Below, piece after piece: positions 18,043 through 27,294 of a stretch of 64,000 nucleotides of DNA. A program made the position numbers and the translations under genes. Each line of letters opens with the position of its first letter. Position 1 is the first letter of the stretch. Below the pieces are notes generated by a model, which worked only from the letters and a program-made list of their open reading frames with translations, was not told the origin of the DNA and ran no database searches. This DNA comes from Gemmatimonadota bacterium (GTDB lineage Bacteria; Gemmatimonadota; Gemmatimonadetes; Palauibacterales; Palauibacteraceae). The DNA is taken from assembly GCA_039584685.1 (NCBI GenBank), contig JBDGXI010000003.1, positions 10,556 to 74,555 on the forward strand, in the 5' to 3' direction.

Positions 18043-19106
18043 GTCAATCTGGCACCACGGTCAGAATCGGGGCACTCAGGCCCGTCTTCCGGCCCCTGAA
18101 TGGCCGGCGGTCGTCCGCCTGCTTCCCCGCCCTGCGGAACCTCCGGAACCTCCGGAACCCGTAGGTCCTCGGCACGCAGCTCGTCGAGCCGCGTACGATC
18201 TGTTCGCGCTCTGCGAAGTGCCACGAAGAGAACGAGTCCGGATACTGCTATCCAGAAGACTCCGGCACGCGACAGCAGATACAGCCACCCGTATCGATCC
18301 ACGAGCGATCTCTTCCACCGCACCTCGAAGTCCCGGTCGGTGATCCCGTAGGTGCGACGGAGAGCCTCCTCGAACGAGGCGCCTTCACGCAATCGCCGGA
18401 ATACGGCTGCCAGACCCGCCTCACCGCCCAGGGCCGCGAGCTCGTGAACCGCCGTGTAGGACAGCAGGTATCCCATCCGCGCCTCGGTCGAGTGCCGGCG
18501 GAACCGCAGGTCGATCTCCCCCAGAGTCGTCGCCCCGCGGCGCAGAAAGGCTGACTGCAGATGCCACGCGTCTTCCCAGCTCCACTCTCCGGATGCGTAC
18601 TGCGCGTACCCTTCCGTCAGCCAGCGAGGGTAGTTGCCGCCGGTCGCTGCTCCGAGACCGATATGCGCGATCTCGTGCCGCAATACCGACCTGAGTCCCC
18701 GGGGGCCATTGAGTCCGGGCCCGGTCTTGAGGGCGATCCTGGCTTCTCCTGGGTTTGCCGTCCCCGCGACCCACGGCTCCGGGTGCCTCAGGCCCCGGGG
18801 CACGCCTTCGCTCAGGTCGGATGTAAGCCAGATTTGCAGCGAGTCGACTCCGACCTCGGGCAGTGTGCCGATACCCGGCAGGGGTTTCCACACCGCCGGG
18901 TCGGAGACGAGGCGAGACCCGAGTTCGGCGAGTTCCGGATCGCCCAGCACCTCGACGACGGCTGGTGCCCCCGGTACGCCCTGGGTGACCGTCGGGAAGC
19001 GCACTGCAGCCGTTGCGGCGATGACGAGCGCGGCGACAGCGGGGATCCAGGGATAGGCACGCCTCACACCGGCCCTCCCGAATCGGCTCCCGCGTTGCGT
19101 GCCCAC
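18039..19106 (-). CDS. membrane-anchored HExxH zinc-metallopeptidase-like protein (Peptidase_MA_2-like)
   Basis: ORF 18039..19106 (-), 355 aa. N-terminal signal/TM, LRHEIAHIGL (HExxH) then downstream EGYAQY (third-ligand Glu pattern of MA-clan/Peptidase_MA_2-like proteins), C-terminal TM (WLYLLSRAGVFWIAVSGLVLFVAL) and a VPEVPEVP repeat tail. The N-terminal 43 nt overlap rluD, so the true start may be downstream. Confidence 0.6.
   Translation of the reverse strand: MGTQRGSRFGRAGVRRAYPWIPAVAALVIAATAAVRFPTVTQGVPGAPAVVEVLGDPELAELGSRLVSDPAVWKPLPGIGTLPEVGVDSLQIWLTSDLSEGVPRGLRHPEPWVAGTANPGEARIALKTGPGLNGPRGLRSVLRHEIAHIGLGAATGGNYPRWLTEGYAQYASGEWSWEDAWHLQSAFLRRGATTLGEIDLRFRRHSTEARMGYLLSYTAVHELAALGGEAGLAAVFRRLREGASFEEALRRTYGITDRDFEVRWKRSLVDRYGWLYLLSRAGVFWIAVSGLVLFVALRRARTDRTRLDELRAEDLRVPEVPEVPQGGEAGGRPPAIQGPEDGPECPDSDRGARLT
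18135..18158 (-). repeat. short tandem repeat ggaacctcc x2.7, encoding a VPEVPEVP tail in the HExxH protein
   Basis: Read directly. 9-bp unit. Confidence 0.7.
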
Positions 19107-20059
19107 TCGACGGCACCCTGGAGTGGCTCGGGCAGCGGCGAGGTGAAACTCATCTCCTCGCCCGTAGCGGGATGGAGGAACGCCAACCTCGCGGCGTGGA
19201 GGAACAGTCGCCCTGCCCGTCTATCGAACTCATCGGCCCATCGCCCTCCGGCCCCGAGCAACCCCTTCTGCCACCGGGGTCCGTAGATCGGGTCGCCCAC
19301 GACCGGATGACCGAGGGATCGAAGGTGGACCCGGATCTGGTGGGTCCGCCCCGTATGGAGCCTGACGGCGAGCAGGTCGGCAGCCCTCCAGCGCTCGAGA
19401 CGCCTGAAGTGGGTCAACGACGGCCGCCCGGTCTCGACCACCGCCATCCGTTGCCGCTGTTTCGGGTCCCGCGCGATCGGCCGGTCCACGTCGAATTCGT
19501 CTTCCTCAACGTGCCCCCATGCGGCGGCCAGGTAGCCACGCCGGATCTCACGGCGCCCGATCGCCCGCGTCAACTCCCGATGTGCGTCGTCCGTACGGGC
19601 GACCACCATCAGACCGCTGGTGTCTTTGTCCAGTCGGTGTACGATGCCCGGTCGATCCGGCTCGCCGACGGACGACAGCCCCCCCAGGCGGTGCAGCAAG
19701 GCGTTCACCAGGGTACCGCTACGGTGTCCCACTGCCGGGTGAACGACCAGCCCGGCCGCCTTGTCCACAACCGCCAGGTGCTCGTCTTCGTACACGACTT
19801 CGATCGGAATCGGCTCGGGGACTACTGCGGTCGGAGGGGGCGCCGGTACCGTCACCTCCACCTGGTCTCCCTCGCGAAGGCGCCGGCTCTTCCTGACAGG
19901 AGATCCGTTGACGCGTACGAGACCGTCGGCCACCAGCTCGGCGACGCGACTTCGGCTCAGACGCAAACGATCGGCCAGGCGTGCATCCAGCCGATCGTCC
20001 GTTTCCTCGTCGACCCGAAAGCGGTGAACCTCAGCCGGTTGCCGGCTCCGGCTCGTCAC
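19064..20059 (-). CDS. rluD: RluA-family 23S rRNA pseudouridine synthase (RluD-like)
   Basis: ORF 19064..20059 (-), 331 aa. S4 domain N-terminus, HRLDKDTSGLMVVA catalytic motif, RTHQIRVHL. Confidence 0.85.
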   Translation of the reverse strand: MTSRSRQPAEVHRFRVDEETDDRLDARLADRLRLSRSRVAELVADGLVRVNGSPVRKSRRLREGDQVEVTVPAPPPTAVVPEPIPIEVVYEDEHLAVVDKAAGLVVHPAVGHRSGTLVNALLHRLGGLSSVGEPDRPGIVHRLDKDTSGLMVVARTDDAHRELTRAIGRREIRRGYLAAAWGHVEEDEFDVDRPIARDPKQRQRMAVVETGRPSLTHFRRLERWRAADLLAVRLHTGRTHQIRVHLRSLGHPVVGDPIYGPRWQKGLLGAGGRWADEFDRRAGRLFLHAARLAFLHPATGEEMSFTSPLPEPLQGAVEWARNAGADSGGPV

Positions 20060-20528
20060 CGTCCTTCTCCTCGAAGTAGAATGAGATCAGCAGCAGGACG
20101 GCCCCGATGCTTACGGCCATGTCGGCGACATTGAAGATCGGCCAGCGATGAGCGCCGATTCCGACATCCAGGAAGTCCACGACGCCCGCCTCGAAGCGGA
20201 AGCGATCGAGAATGTTGCCTATCGCTCCCGCACTCACCAGGGCCACGGCGAGGAGGCGAAGCCGGTCGCTCGCCGGAGTCGACCGATAGATCAGTCCCAG
20301 AACCACCAGGGCGACCAGCGAAAGGACGAGGAAGAACAGGCGGGACTGCGCACCGATGTTGATTCCGAACGCCGCCCCCGGGTTGTGCGTGTAGGTCAGC
20401 CGGAAGAACTCTCCCAGCACCGGAACCGGGTAGCCGAACGTCAGGGTGTTCATGGCCCACATCTTGGTGAGGAAATCCAGCCCCACCACGGTCCCCACGA
20501 TGCCGGCCAGGAGCGCCTTCTTGTTCAC
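20031..20528 (-). CDS. lspA: lipoprotein signal peptidase II
   Basis: ORF 20031..20882 (-). I used only the C-terminal 165 aa, starting at GTG ~20528 (VNKKALLAGIVGTVVGLDFLTKMWAM...NPGAAFGI...FNVADMAVSIGAVLL LspA motifs). The upstream part of the ORF runs through the dksA/traR gene in another frame. Start uncertain (alternative GTG at 20582). Confidence 0.75.
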   Translation of the reverse strand: MNKKALLAGIVGTVVGLDFLTKMWAMNTLTFGYPVPVLGEFFRLTYTHNPGAAFGINIGAQSRLFFLVLSLVALVVLGLIYRSTPASDRLRLLAVALVSAGAIGNILDRFRFEAGVVDFLDVGIGAHRWPIFNVADMAVSIGAVLLLISFYFEEKDGDEPEPATG

Positions 20529-20568
20529 TCCGGAAGACAGAGCTCCAGGCTCCGCCAGGGTGCCGGAG

Positions 20569-20952
20569 TCAGCGAGAGACACCTGTCTCTTCCTTCTCCT
20601 TGCACCTGATGCACATGGTGGTGTGCGGCAGCGCATCCATACGCTCGAACGAGATCGCGTCGCCGCAGTCCTCGCACACGCCGAACTGCTTGGGCGTCCG
20701 GTACAGGCGCCGCAGAGCCTCGTCGAGGTGATACAGGTAGCGCCCCTCCTTGCTGGCGAACAGGAAAGCCTTCTCTCGCTCCATGGCATCGGTACCCTGG
20801 TCCGCCATGTGGAAGCTGTACGCCGAAACGTCACCCTCGGATGCCTGCGAGTTGTTCGAGAAAGACTCGTCGTAGTGGCCAAGATCCTTCAGAGCCCGCT
20901 CCCTGAGCTGCAGCAGTCGCTTCTCGATGTGTTTCAGGTCCTTCTTCTTCAT
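20569..20952 (-). CDS. DksA/TraR-family C4-type zinc-finger protein
   Basis: ORF 20569..20952 (-), 127 aa. C-terminal CEDCGDAISFERMDALPHTTMCIRC (CxxC-x17-CxxC) and coiled-coil N-terminus. Confidence 0.8.
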   Translation of the reverse strand: MKKKDLKHIEKRLLQLRERALKDLGHYDESFSNNSQASEGDVSAYSFHMADQGTDAMEREKAFLFASKEGRYLYHLDEALRRLYRTPKQFGVCEDCGDAISFERMDALPHTTMCIRCKEKEETGVSR

Positions 20953-21008
20953 CCCATTGCCCCGATCTAGCCTCAGAGTGTCGTAGAATTCAGCAGTTAT
21001 CCCCCGTA

Positions 21009-24000
21009 TCAGCCGTCGCTGCGGCTGAAGCCGAGGGCAATGCTCTCCCCTTCGATCTCCACGCGGGTCGTGTACTTCAACGCCGCGGTCTGTTCCGCTT
21101 CCGTCGTCACGGCGACCGCCAGCGTCTCTCCCGCGATGTACTCGCGATGCGCTTCGACGGCATCGGCCAGACGACCCGATTCCGCAGCCATCCCCAGACG
21201 GATGCGGTCGCTCACATCCAGGCCGGATTCCCGACGCAGTCGCTGCACCCGGCTCACGACCTCCCGCGCCAGGCCTTCCGCCTCCAGGTCCGGCGTGATC
21301 GTCGTGTCCAGACCGACGAGGTATCCGTCCTGCGCCTGAACCATCAGATCTCCCGAAGCCTCCTCGAGCACCCGCGCGTCCCCGGGCAGTACCTCGAGAA
21401 CTTCGCCGTCCACGACCACGGACACGGCCTCGCCGACCCCCAGGGAACGGACCGATTCCGCATCCAGCTCTTCGATGGCCTTCGCCACGCGAGGCGTCTT
21501 CGGACCGAACCGGGGTCCCAGCCGGCCGAAGTCCGGCTTCGCAGACAGCCGCACAATATCGTCACTCTCGGCCAGGAATACAACTTCCTTTACATTCAGT
21601 TCCTGCCGCAGGATCGCCTCGAGCTCCGGCCCCGGGCGGCGACCGCCCGGAATCACGGCATGCAGCGACCCGAGAGGCTGCCGGACTCGCACTCCTGCCT
21701 CCTCGCGGACCGCCCGACCCAGGGTCGAGAGCCGTCGAACGTGTTCCATCCGCCGCTCCAGCTCCTCGTCACGGACGCCCGCCGGTTCCGGATACTCCGT
21801 GAGGTGCGCCGATCGACCCGTCAGCCGACGGTGCAGCCAGTCGGTCAGGAACGGCGAGATCGGGGCCAGGACGAGGGCCGTCGTGGCCAGCGCGCGATGC
21901 AGCGTCGAGAACGCATCGGCCGTACTCTGCGGCGCGTCGTCGCCCGCGTGTGCTCCCGTAGCCCAGAATCGGTCCCGGGTCTGCCGGACGTACCAGTTCG
22001 ACAGATCGTCGAGCACGAACGACGTGATGCGTCGAGCGGCCCGCGTGAGATCGTATGCCTCGAAGTCGGCCCTCACCGAGCCTGCCAGGGCATCGAGACG
22101 GCTGAGAAGCCAGCGGTCGATGGGTTCCCGACTCTCGACAGGCGATTCGCCGGATGACTCGTGATCCCAGCCCTCGAGCTCCGCGTACATCGCGAAGAAG
22201 CGATACGTGCTGCGCAGCGTGTCAAACAGCTTCCTATTCGTCTCCTTCAGGGCCTCGCCGTCCCATTTCTTGGACAGCCAGGGGTTGCTTGACGCGAGCA
22301 GGTAGAACCGGGTGGCGTCCGCCCCGAACTCCGACACGGTCTCCCATGGGTCCAATACGTTACCCCTCGACTTGGACATCTTCTGACCTTCTTCGTCGAG
22401 GACCAGGCCGTTGACGATGACGCTCCGGTATGAGGGGGCGTCGAACACGAGGGTGGAGATCGCCAGCAGCGAGTAGAACCAGCCGCGCGTCTGGTCCAAA
22501 CCTTCGGCGATGAAGTGAGCCGGAAAGTGCGACCCGAACTCCGCGTCGTTCTCGAACGGATAGTGCCACTGCGCGAACGGCATCGAGCCGGAATCGAACC
22601 ACGCATCCATCACCTGCGGGACCCTCTGCACGGTCCCGTCACAACCCTCCTCCGTACACGGCCAGGTCAGAGCGTCGATTTCAGGACGGTGCGGATCGAA
22701 ATCGTCCGGGAGTCCGCCTGCGAGACTCGCCAGATCGGACAGCGAACCGACGACCCGCACGTGCTCGGGGTCCGCGTCGCACACCCAGATAGGGAGCGGG
22801 GTCCCCCAGTACCGATCGCGAGACACCGCCCAGTCCACGTTGCCGGAGAGCCACTCCCCCATCCGGCCTGACCCGATTTCGGGTGGATGCCAGTCGAGCG
22901 AGGCGTTGTTCTCCAGGAGCCGACTCTGGACCGCCGTCGTACGGATATACCAGGAGTCCCGGGCCATGTAGAGCAGGGGGCTTTCGCAGCGCCAGCAGTG
23001 GGGATAGCTGTGCTCGTACATCTGTCTTCGATACAGCAGGTCCTCAGAGGCGAGCCCGTCGATGATCGCCCGATCGGTGTCGGGATCCTTGACGAAGCGA
23101 CCGGCCAGGCCGCCCGGCACCCGGTCCACGAACCTGCCATCCGGGTCCACCGTGTGCTGCATGGGGAGACCTTCACGGGTTCCGAGCTTGAAGTCGTCCT
23201 CACCGTACATCACGGCGGTGTGAACGACTCCCGTCCCATCCTCGGTGGTGACGAAATCCGCTGAAAGCACGGTCCACGCCGCGGGATTGCCGTCCGCCTC
23301 CACGGCGCCGGGAAACAGCGGGCGATAGCGCCGGCCCACCAGGTCGGAGCCCGGCACGACTTGCACGATGTCGTACGGATGTCGCAGAACGTCAGGGGCC
23401 AGGGCCGAAGCGACGATCAGCTCTTCACCCGGGCTCGCTCCTTTCGGGAAGCCGCCTTCGCCCTCCCCGGGTTCTCGAAGCCGGACGCGCAGGTAGTCGA
23501 TGTCCTCCCCGACGGCCAGCGCCACGTTGCCGGGAAGTGTCCACGGAGTAGTGGTCCAGCTCAGGATCGAGGCCCCGTCGTCATCGTCCTCCAGTCTGAA
23601 CTTCACGTACACGGAGGGCTCGGAGACGACGCGGTAGCCCTGTGCGACCTCGTGACTGGAAAGGCCGGTGCCGCAGCGGGGACAGTACGGAAGGACCTTG
23701 TAGCCCTTGTAGACGAGCCCCTTCCGATGGATCTCGGCCAGCGCCCACCACACCGACTCGATGTAATCGGGCGTGCACGTGACGTACGCGTTCTCGTAGT
23801 CGAGCCAGTAGCCGATCCGGCGCGACAGGCGCTCCCAGTCTTCCTTGTAGGTGAACAGGTTCTCTCGACATACCTGATTGAACCTGGCGATCCCCAGTTC
23901 TTCGATCTCGGGCTTCCCCGAGATTCCCAGCATCTTCTCGGCTTCGATCTCGACGGGGAGACCGTGAGTGTCCCACCCGGCCATCCGGGTGACGTGCCAC

Positions 24001-24224
24001 CCGGTCATGGCCCGGTATCTGGCCACGGTGTCCTTGATCGTGCGCGGCAGCAGGTGGTGGACTCCCGGTCTTCCGTTCGCCGTCGGGGGACCCTCGTAGA
24101 ATACGAACTCGGGGGCGTCGCGCCGAAGCTCGAGGCTCCGGTGAAACGTGTCCTCGAGTTCCCAGGCCTCCAGGACCTGCTCCTCCAGCTCGACGACGCT
24201 CTCGGGAAGCGGGCGATAGCTCAT
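21009..24224 (-). CDS. ileS: isoleucine--tRNA ligase
   Basis: ORF 21009..24224 (-), 1071 aa. PPTANGRPGVHH (HIGH region), KMSKSRGN, editing domain, C-terminal Zn-finger-less extension. Confidence 0.95.
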   Translation of the reverse strand: MSYRPLPESVVELEEQVLEAWELEDTFHRSLELRRDAPEFVFYEGPPTANGRPGVHHLLPRTIKDTVARYRAMTGWHVTRMAGWDTHGLPVEIEAEKMLGISGKPEIEELGIARFNQVCRENLFTYKEDWERLSRRIGYWLDYENAYVTCTPDYIESVWWALAEIHRKGLVYKGYKVLPYCPRCGTGLSSHEVAQGYRVVSEPSVYVKFRLEDDDDGASILSWTTTPWTLPGNVALAVGEDIDYLRVRLREPGEGEGGFPKGASPGEELIVASALAPDVLRHPYDIVQVVPGSDLVGRRYRPLFPGAVEADGNPAAWTVLSADFVTTEDGTGVVHTAVMYGEDDFKLGTREGLPMQHTVDPDGRFVDRVPGGLAGRFVKDPDTDRAIIDGLASEDLLYRRQMYEHSYPHCWRCESPLLYMARDSWYIRTTAVQSRLLENNASLDWHPPEIGSGRMGEWLSGNVDWAVSRDRYWGTPLPIWVCDADPEHVRVVGSLSDLASLAGGLPDDFDPHRPEIDALTWPCTEEGCDGTVQRVPQVMDAWFDSGSMPFAQWHYPFENDAEFGSHFPAHFIAEGLDQTRGWFYSLLAISTLVFDAPSYRSVIVNGLVLDEEGQKMSKSRGNVLDPWETVSEFGADATRFYLLASSNPWLSKKWDGEALKETNRKLFDTLRSTYRFFAMYAELEGWDHESSGESPVESREPIDRWLLSRLDALAGSVRADFEAYDLTRAARRITSFVLDDLSNWYVRQTRDRFWATGAHAGDDAPQSTADAFSTLHRALATTALVLAPISPFLTDWLHRRLTGRSAHLTEYPEPAGVRDEELERRMEHVRRLSTLGRAVREEAGVRVRQPLGSLHAVIPGGRRPGPELEAILRQELNVKEVVFLAESDDIVRLSAKPDFGRLGPRFGPKTPRVAKAIEELDAESVRSLGVGEAVSVVVDGEVLEVLPGDARVLEEASGDLMVQAQDGYLVGLDTTITPDLEAEGLAREVVSRVQRLRRESGLDVSDRIRLGMAAESGRLADAVEAHREYIAGETLAVAVTTEAEQTAALKYTTRVEIEGESIALGFSRSDG

Positions 24225-24267
24225 GCGCGGTCAGGCTCCCGTCTCGTGCCGGTCCCGATCAACCGGC

Positions 24268-24810
24268 TTACCCTTCGTCTTCCGGGGTCTGCAATTCGGT
24301 TTCGTCCGGTCGGTCAAGGTCCGAAGCCCCGGGAGAATCATCAGGCGACCCCGCCAGTCGGGCCTCCTCATAGTCCACGTCTTCGAGGAACCGCTCGAGA
24401 AGCGACCGCATCCCCCGCAGGAAGCTGGCCCGGTGCGCGTGCAGGTCGGCCAGCTTGTGTTCGGAGCCCTCCACCGCCCGTCTCGCTTCACCCACGATCT
24501 GCTCGGCCTGCTGACCCGCCTCCCGCAGCCTCAGCTCAGCTTGCTTCTCCGACTGCAAGCGGGCTTCCTCACGCAGCTCCTGAGCGGCGATCAACGCCTC
24601 GTTGAGGGCCCGCTCCCGCTCCTCGAAGTCCTTGAGGCGCTCGCGAAGCTGCGTCACCTGGTCCTTCAGCCGGACCTCCTCCTGTACGACCACGTCGAGA
24701 CGGTCCGCGACCAGGTCCAGGAACGTGTCCACCTGGGCGGAATCGTAACCACGTACCGTGCGGCGCAGGTCATCTTTCTTCTTCCGGATGTCCAGCGGCG
24801 TCAGATCCAT
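24268..24810 (-). CDS. divIVA: DivIVA-domain cell-division/polar scaffold protein
   Basis: ORF 24268..24810 (-), 180 aa. MDLTPLDIRKKKDDLRRTVRGYDSAQVDTFLD matches the DivIVA N-terminal lipid-binding domain, followed by a long coiled coil. Immediately upstream of ileS, as in Firmicutes. Confidence 0.85.
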   Translation of the reverse strand: MDLTPLDIRKKKDDLRRTVRGYDSAQVDTFLDLVADRLDVVVQEEVRLKDQVTQLRERLKDFEERERALNEALIAAQELREEARLQSEKQAELRLREAGQQAEQIVGEARRAVEGSEHKLADLHAHRASFLRGMRSLLERFLEDVDYEEARLAGSPDDSPGASDLDRPDETELQTPEDEG

Positions 24811-25514
24811 CGTTCCTCCGGTCTCTCTCCCAGCAGCACCGTCCCGAGGCGGACCTCCGTACTTCCCTCCTCAACGGCGATCACGAAGTCGTTGCTCATC
24901 CCCATCGAAAGCGTCTGCCCGTCGAAGCCGGACAGCTCGGCCCTGCATCGAGACAGACACTCCCGCACAAGCCCGAACGTGCGCCGCAACACGCGCTCGT
25001 CCGCCGTGAGCGGCGCCATAGCCATCAGCCCCCGAACGCTGACGCGTCCCAGGTCCAGCAGCGCCCCCACGGCGTCGACCGTCTCCGCCGGATCCAGGCC
25101 GCTCTTCTGCTCTTCCCCACCGGCGTTCACCTGCACCAGTATCGGCACCTCGGCGCGGTTCGCCCTCTCCGCCTCGAGCTGCAGGCGCTCACCGAGCCGC
25201 ACCGAATCGACGGATTCGATGACGTCGAACGTCGCGATCGCCCGGCGCGCCTTGTTGCGCTGCAGGTGCCCGATCATGTGCCACCGGAGCCCTGCCCGCC
25301 CCCGCGCTTCCATCTTCGCCTCGGCCTCGGCGACGCGGTTCTCCCCGATCGCCTCGAATCCCGCTTCGGCCACGGCTGCCACGACGGCAGGTGGATGCCC
25401 CTTGGTGACCGGAAGCACGAGCACGTCAGATCCCGGACGCCCGAACCGTTCGGCCGCCATCTCGATCGCCTCCCGGACCTCGAGGGCATTCTCCCGGATT
25501 CGGTCTTCGTTCAC
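24801..25514 (-). CDS. yggS: YggS/YlmE-family pyridoxal-phosphate homeostasis protein
   Basis: ORF 24801..25514 (-), 237 aa. Alanine-racemase-N-like fold, LVLPVTKGHPP...HMIGHLQRNKAR. Confidence 0.85.
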   Translation of the reverse strand: MNEDRIRENALEVREAIEMAAERFGRPGSDVLVLPVTKGHPPAVVAAVAEAGFEAIGENRVAEAEAKMEARGRAGLRWHMIGHLQRNKARRAIATFDVIESVDSVRLGERLQLEAERANRAEVPILVQVNAGGEEQKSGLDPAETVDAVGALLDLGRVSVRGLMAMAPLTADERVLRRTFGLVRECLSRCRAELSGFDGQTLSMGMSNDFVIAVEEGSTEVRLGTVLLGERPEERWI

Positions 25515-25584
25515 GGCGGGAGTCTATCGCGAGCCACCGGAAGCGGCAACGGAGGTGCCGCAGGCCATGTGTCCGGCGAACTCC

Positions 25585-25625
25585 GGGAAAAAGAAATGAG
25601 CCGCCCGCCGACAGGCGAGCGGCTC
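25585..25625 (-). terminator. rho-independent terminator downstream of tonB (minus strand GAGCCGCTCGCC-tgtc-GGCGGGCGGCTC then ATTTCTTTTTCCC)
   Basis: 11-bp stem (one mismatch) followed by a T-rich tract on the transcribed minus strand. Sits in the 138-nt gap between tonB and yggS. Confidence 0.6.
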
Positions 25626-25652
25626 ACGCTCTTCGCAAGCTGCTCGTGACGC

Positions 25653-26378
25653 TTATCGAGTAACGCTGAAGTCGATAGGCTGGGCAATCCACACACCGAC
25701 CGGCTTGTCCCGGTTCATGGCCGGTGAGAATTCCATCTGCTCCACGATCTGCGCAGCCGCGTTGTCGAGCGCCGGATACCCGCTGGACGTGTGGATCTGC
25801 GAGCGCGCTGCGTTGCCACGCTCGTCGACGAACACCCAGAGCAGGACGCGTCCGCCGATGCCCGCTTCCTTGAGCATCGAAGGATAGAGGCGCTCCAGCA
25901 GCTGCCGGATATCCCTGCCGTTCTTGAGCCTGGGCTCGACATCGCGGGCGATGTAGGACGGCGTCGCGGACGGATCCGCCCCAGCCGGCGGCGGGGGAAG
26001 CGACTCGACCGGGTTGTCCTCGAAGGTGGTCGGAGCGATCGTGATGTCCTCGCTCACCTCGGCAGCCGCCACGCGCGGCGTGGCCGGACGCGCGATCTGC
26101 TCCGGTGGCGGCGGAATCTTCACTTCAGGCGGCAACTCTATCGCCGAGAGCTCATCGCTCACGACGCCGAGATCTGCCGCCTGCAGCTGCGGGAAGAACT
26201 CGAACACCGCGAAATGGGCTACCGTAGCCAGGATGACGCACAGGTAAGTGAGCCCGGAGTAGCTCTGCTTGAACCGGTCATTGGCCGGGAGAAAGGCCGC
26301 GGCGCTGGCGCGCCTGGCGGCTCTTGCTTTCCTGCCCTCGTCCCGGGCAGTGATCTTCTGTTCGTCGTGTGGGTTCAT
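25653..26378 (-). CDS. tonB: energy transducer TonB
   Basis: ORF 25653..26426 (-). Internal ATG 26376-26378, preceded by GGAGG. TM anchor, Pro-rich spacer (PPEVKIPPPPEQ), TonB C-terminal domain (RVLLWVFVDERGNAARSQIHTSSGYPALDNAA). Confidence 0.8.
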   Translation of the reverse strand: MNPHDEQKITARDEGRKARAARRASAAAFLPANDRFKQSYSGLTYLCVILATVAHFAVFEFFPQLQAADLGVVSDELSAIELPPEVKIPPPPEQIARPATPRVAAAEVSEDITIAPTTFEDNPVESLPPPPAGADPSATPSYIARDVEPRLKNGRDIRQLLERLYPSMLKEAGIGGRVLLWVFVDERGNAARSQIHTSSGYPALDNAAAQIVEQMEFSPAMNRDKPVGVWIAQPIDFSVTR

Positions 26379-26382
26379 GAGA

Positions 26383-26826
26383 CTACCTCCTGGCTCTCTG
26401 GACCCGCTGCTCCACCCGCGTCGCAAACGTCACCCTAACGGCACCCGACGACTGGAGCTGTTCGGTGATCGTGTTGATCTGGCTGTAGGGCACGTCCCGG
26501 TCTCCCCGGATCGCCACCACCAGCTCGCGGTTCTCGGCATAGATCGGACGCACCAGATCCCCGATGTTCTCGTACGGGACGATCTGATCGTTGATGAACA
26601 CGGTCCCATCCGGCTCAACCCAGATGTGGAGGATGTTCTTCCGCTTCTCGTCGATCTTCTCCGTCGCCTCTGCCGTGGTCCACTCGATGTTCCGCTTCTT
26701 CTCCTTACGAAACACGGTCGAGACCATGAAGAAGATGAGAAGGAGAAAAGCGATATCGGCCATCGACGACGACGGGATGTCGCTGCTCGCACCCGACTTG
26801 CGCCTGAAGCCCTTCTTGGTGGCCAT
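26383..26826 (-). CDS. exbD: biopolymer transport protein ExbD/TolR (copy 2)
   Basis: ORF 26383..26826 (-), 147 aa. MADIAFLLLIFFMVSTVF TM and periplasmic ExbD domain. Confidence 0.85.
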   Translation of the reverse strand: MATKKGFRRKSGASSDIPSSSMADIAFLLLIFFMVSTVFRKEKKRNIEWTTAEATEKIDEKRKNILHIWVEPDGTVFINDQIVPYENIGDLVRPIYAENRELVVAIRGDRDVPYSQINTITEQLQSSGAVRVTFATRVEQRVQRARR

Positions 26827-26828
26827 GC

Positions 26829-27251
26829 CTACTCCTCGAGAATCTGCAGCGAGATGCGCTCGGCTCCCGCCTTCTTTATCTCGTCCAGCACGTTGACCAT
26901 GTGCCGGTACGCCGCGTTCGGATCCGTCTTCACCGCCGCGATCAGGTTGCTGTTCTGCGCCAGCTCCTGTCGGAGGATGATCTCGACCTGACGGTACTGA
27001 ACGACCTGCTCCTGCTCGCTCTCTCCTCGCTTCACGACGACCGAGCCGTCAGGGCGCACGATGAAGAAGATCAGGTTCTTGGCCGATACGTCCTGCTCCT
27101 CGGCCTGCTCCGGGAGGACGATCGGCAGGCCCTTCTCCTCGTTGAACACCGTGGTGGTCAAAAAGAAGACGAGAAGCAGGAAGGCGATGTCCGCCATCGA
27201 GGCCGTCGGAATCTCGTCCGACACCCGCTGCTTGCGATTCAGAATCGGCAT
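26829..27251 (-). CDS. exbD: biopolymer transport protein ExbD/TolR (copy 1)
   Basis: ORF 26829..27251 (-), 140 aa. MADIAFLLLVFFLTTTVF. A paralog of the adjacent exbD. Confidence 0.85.
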   Translation of the reverse strand: MPILNRKQRVSDEIPTASMADIAFLLLVFFLTTTVFNEEKGLPIVLPEQAEEQDVSAKNLIFFIVRPDGSVVVKRGESEQEQVVQYRQVEIILRQELAQNSNLIAAVKTDPNAAYRHMVNVLDEIKKAGAERISLQILEE

Positions 27252-27294
27252 GTTCCATCTACCTCGCTTTGCGGCGTGATCGCCGTCGGGTCCG

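Noticed and set aside
18135-18158. ggaacctcc short tandem repeat considered as a possible CRISPR or mobile-element remnant.
   Set aside because: Only 2.7 copies of a 9-mer with no spacers. It lies inside a CDS, where it encodes a VPEVPEVP tail. No CRISPR array, IS element, integrase or transposase was found anywhere in the window.
23361-24605. 414-aa plus-strand ORF.
   Set aside because: Antisense to ileS/divIVA. No motifs.
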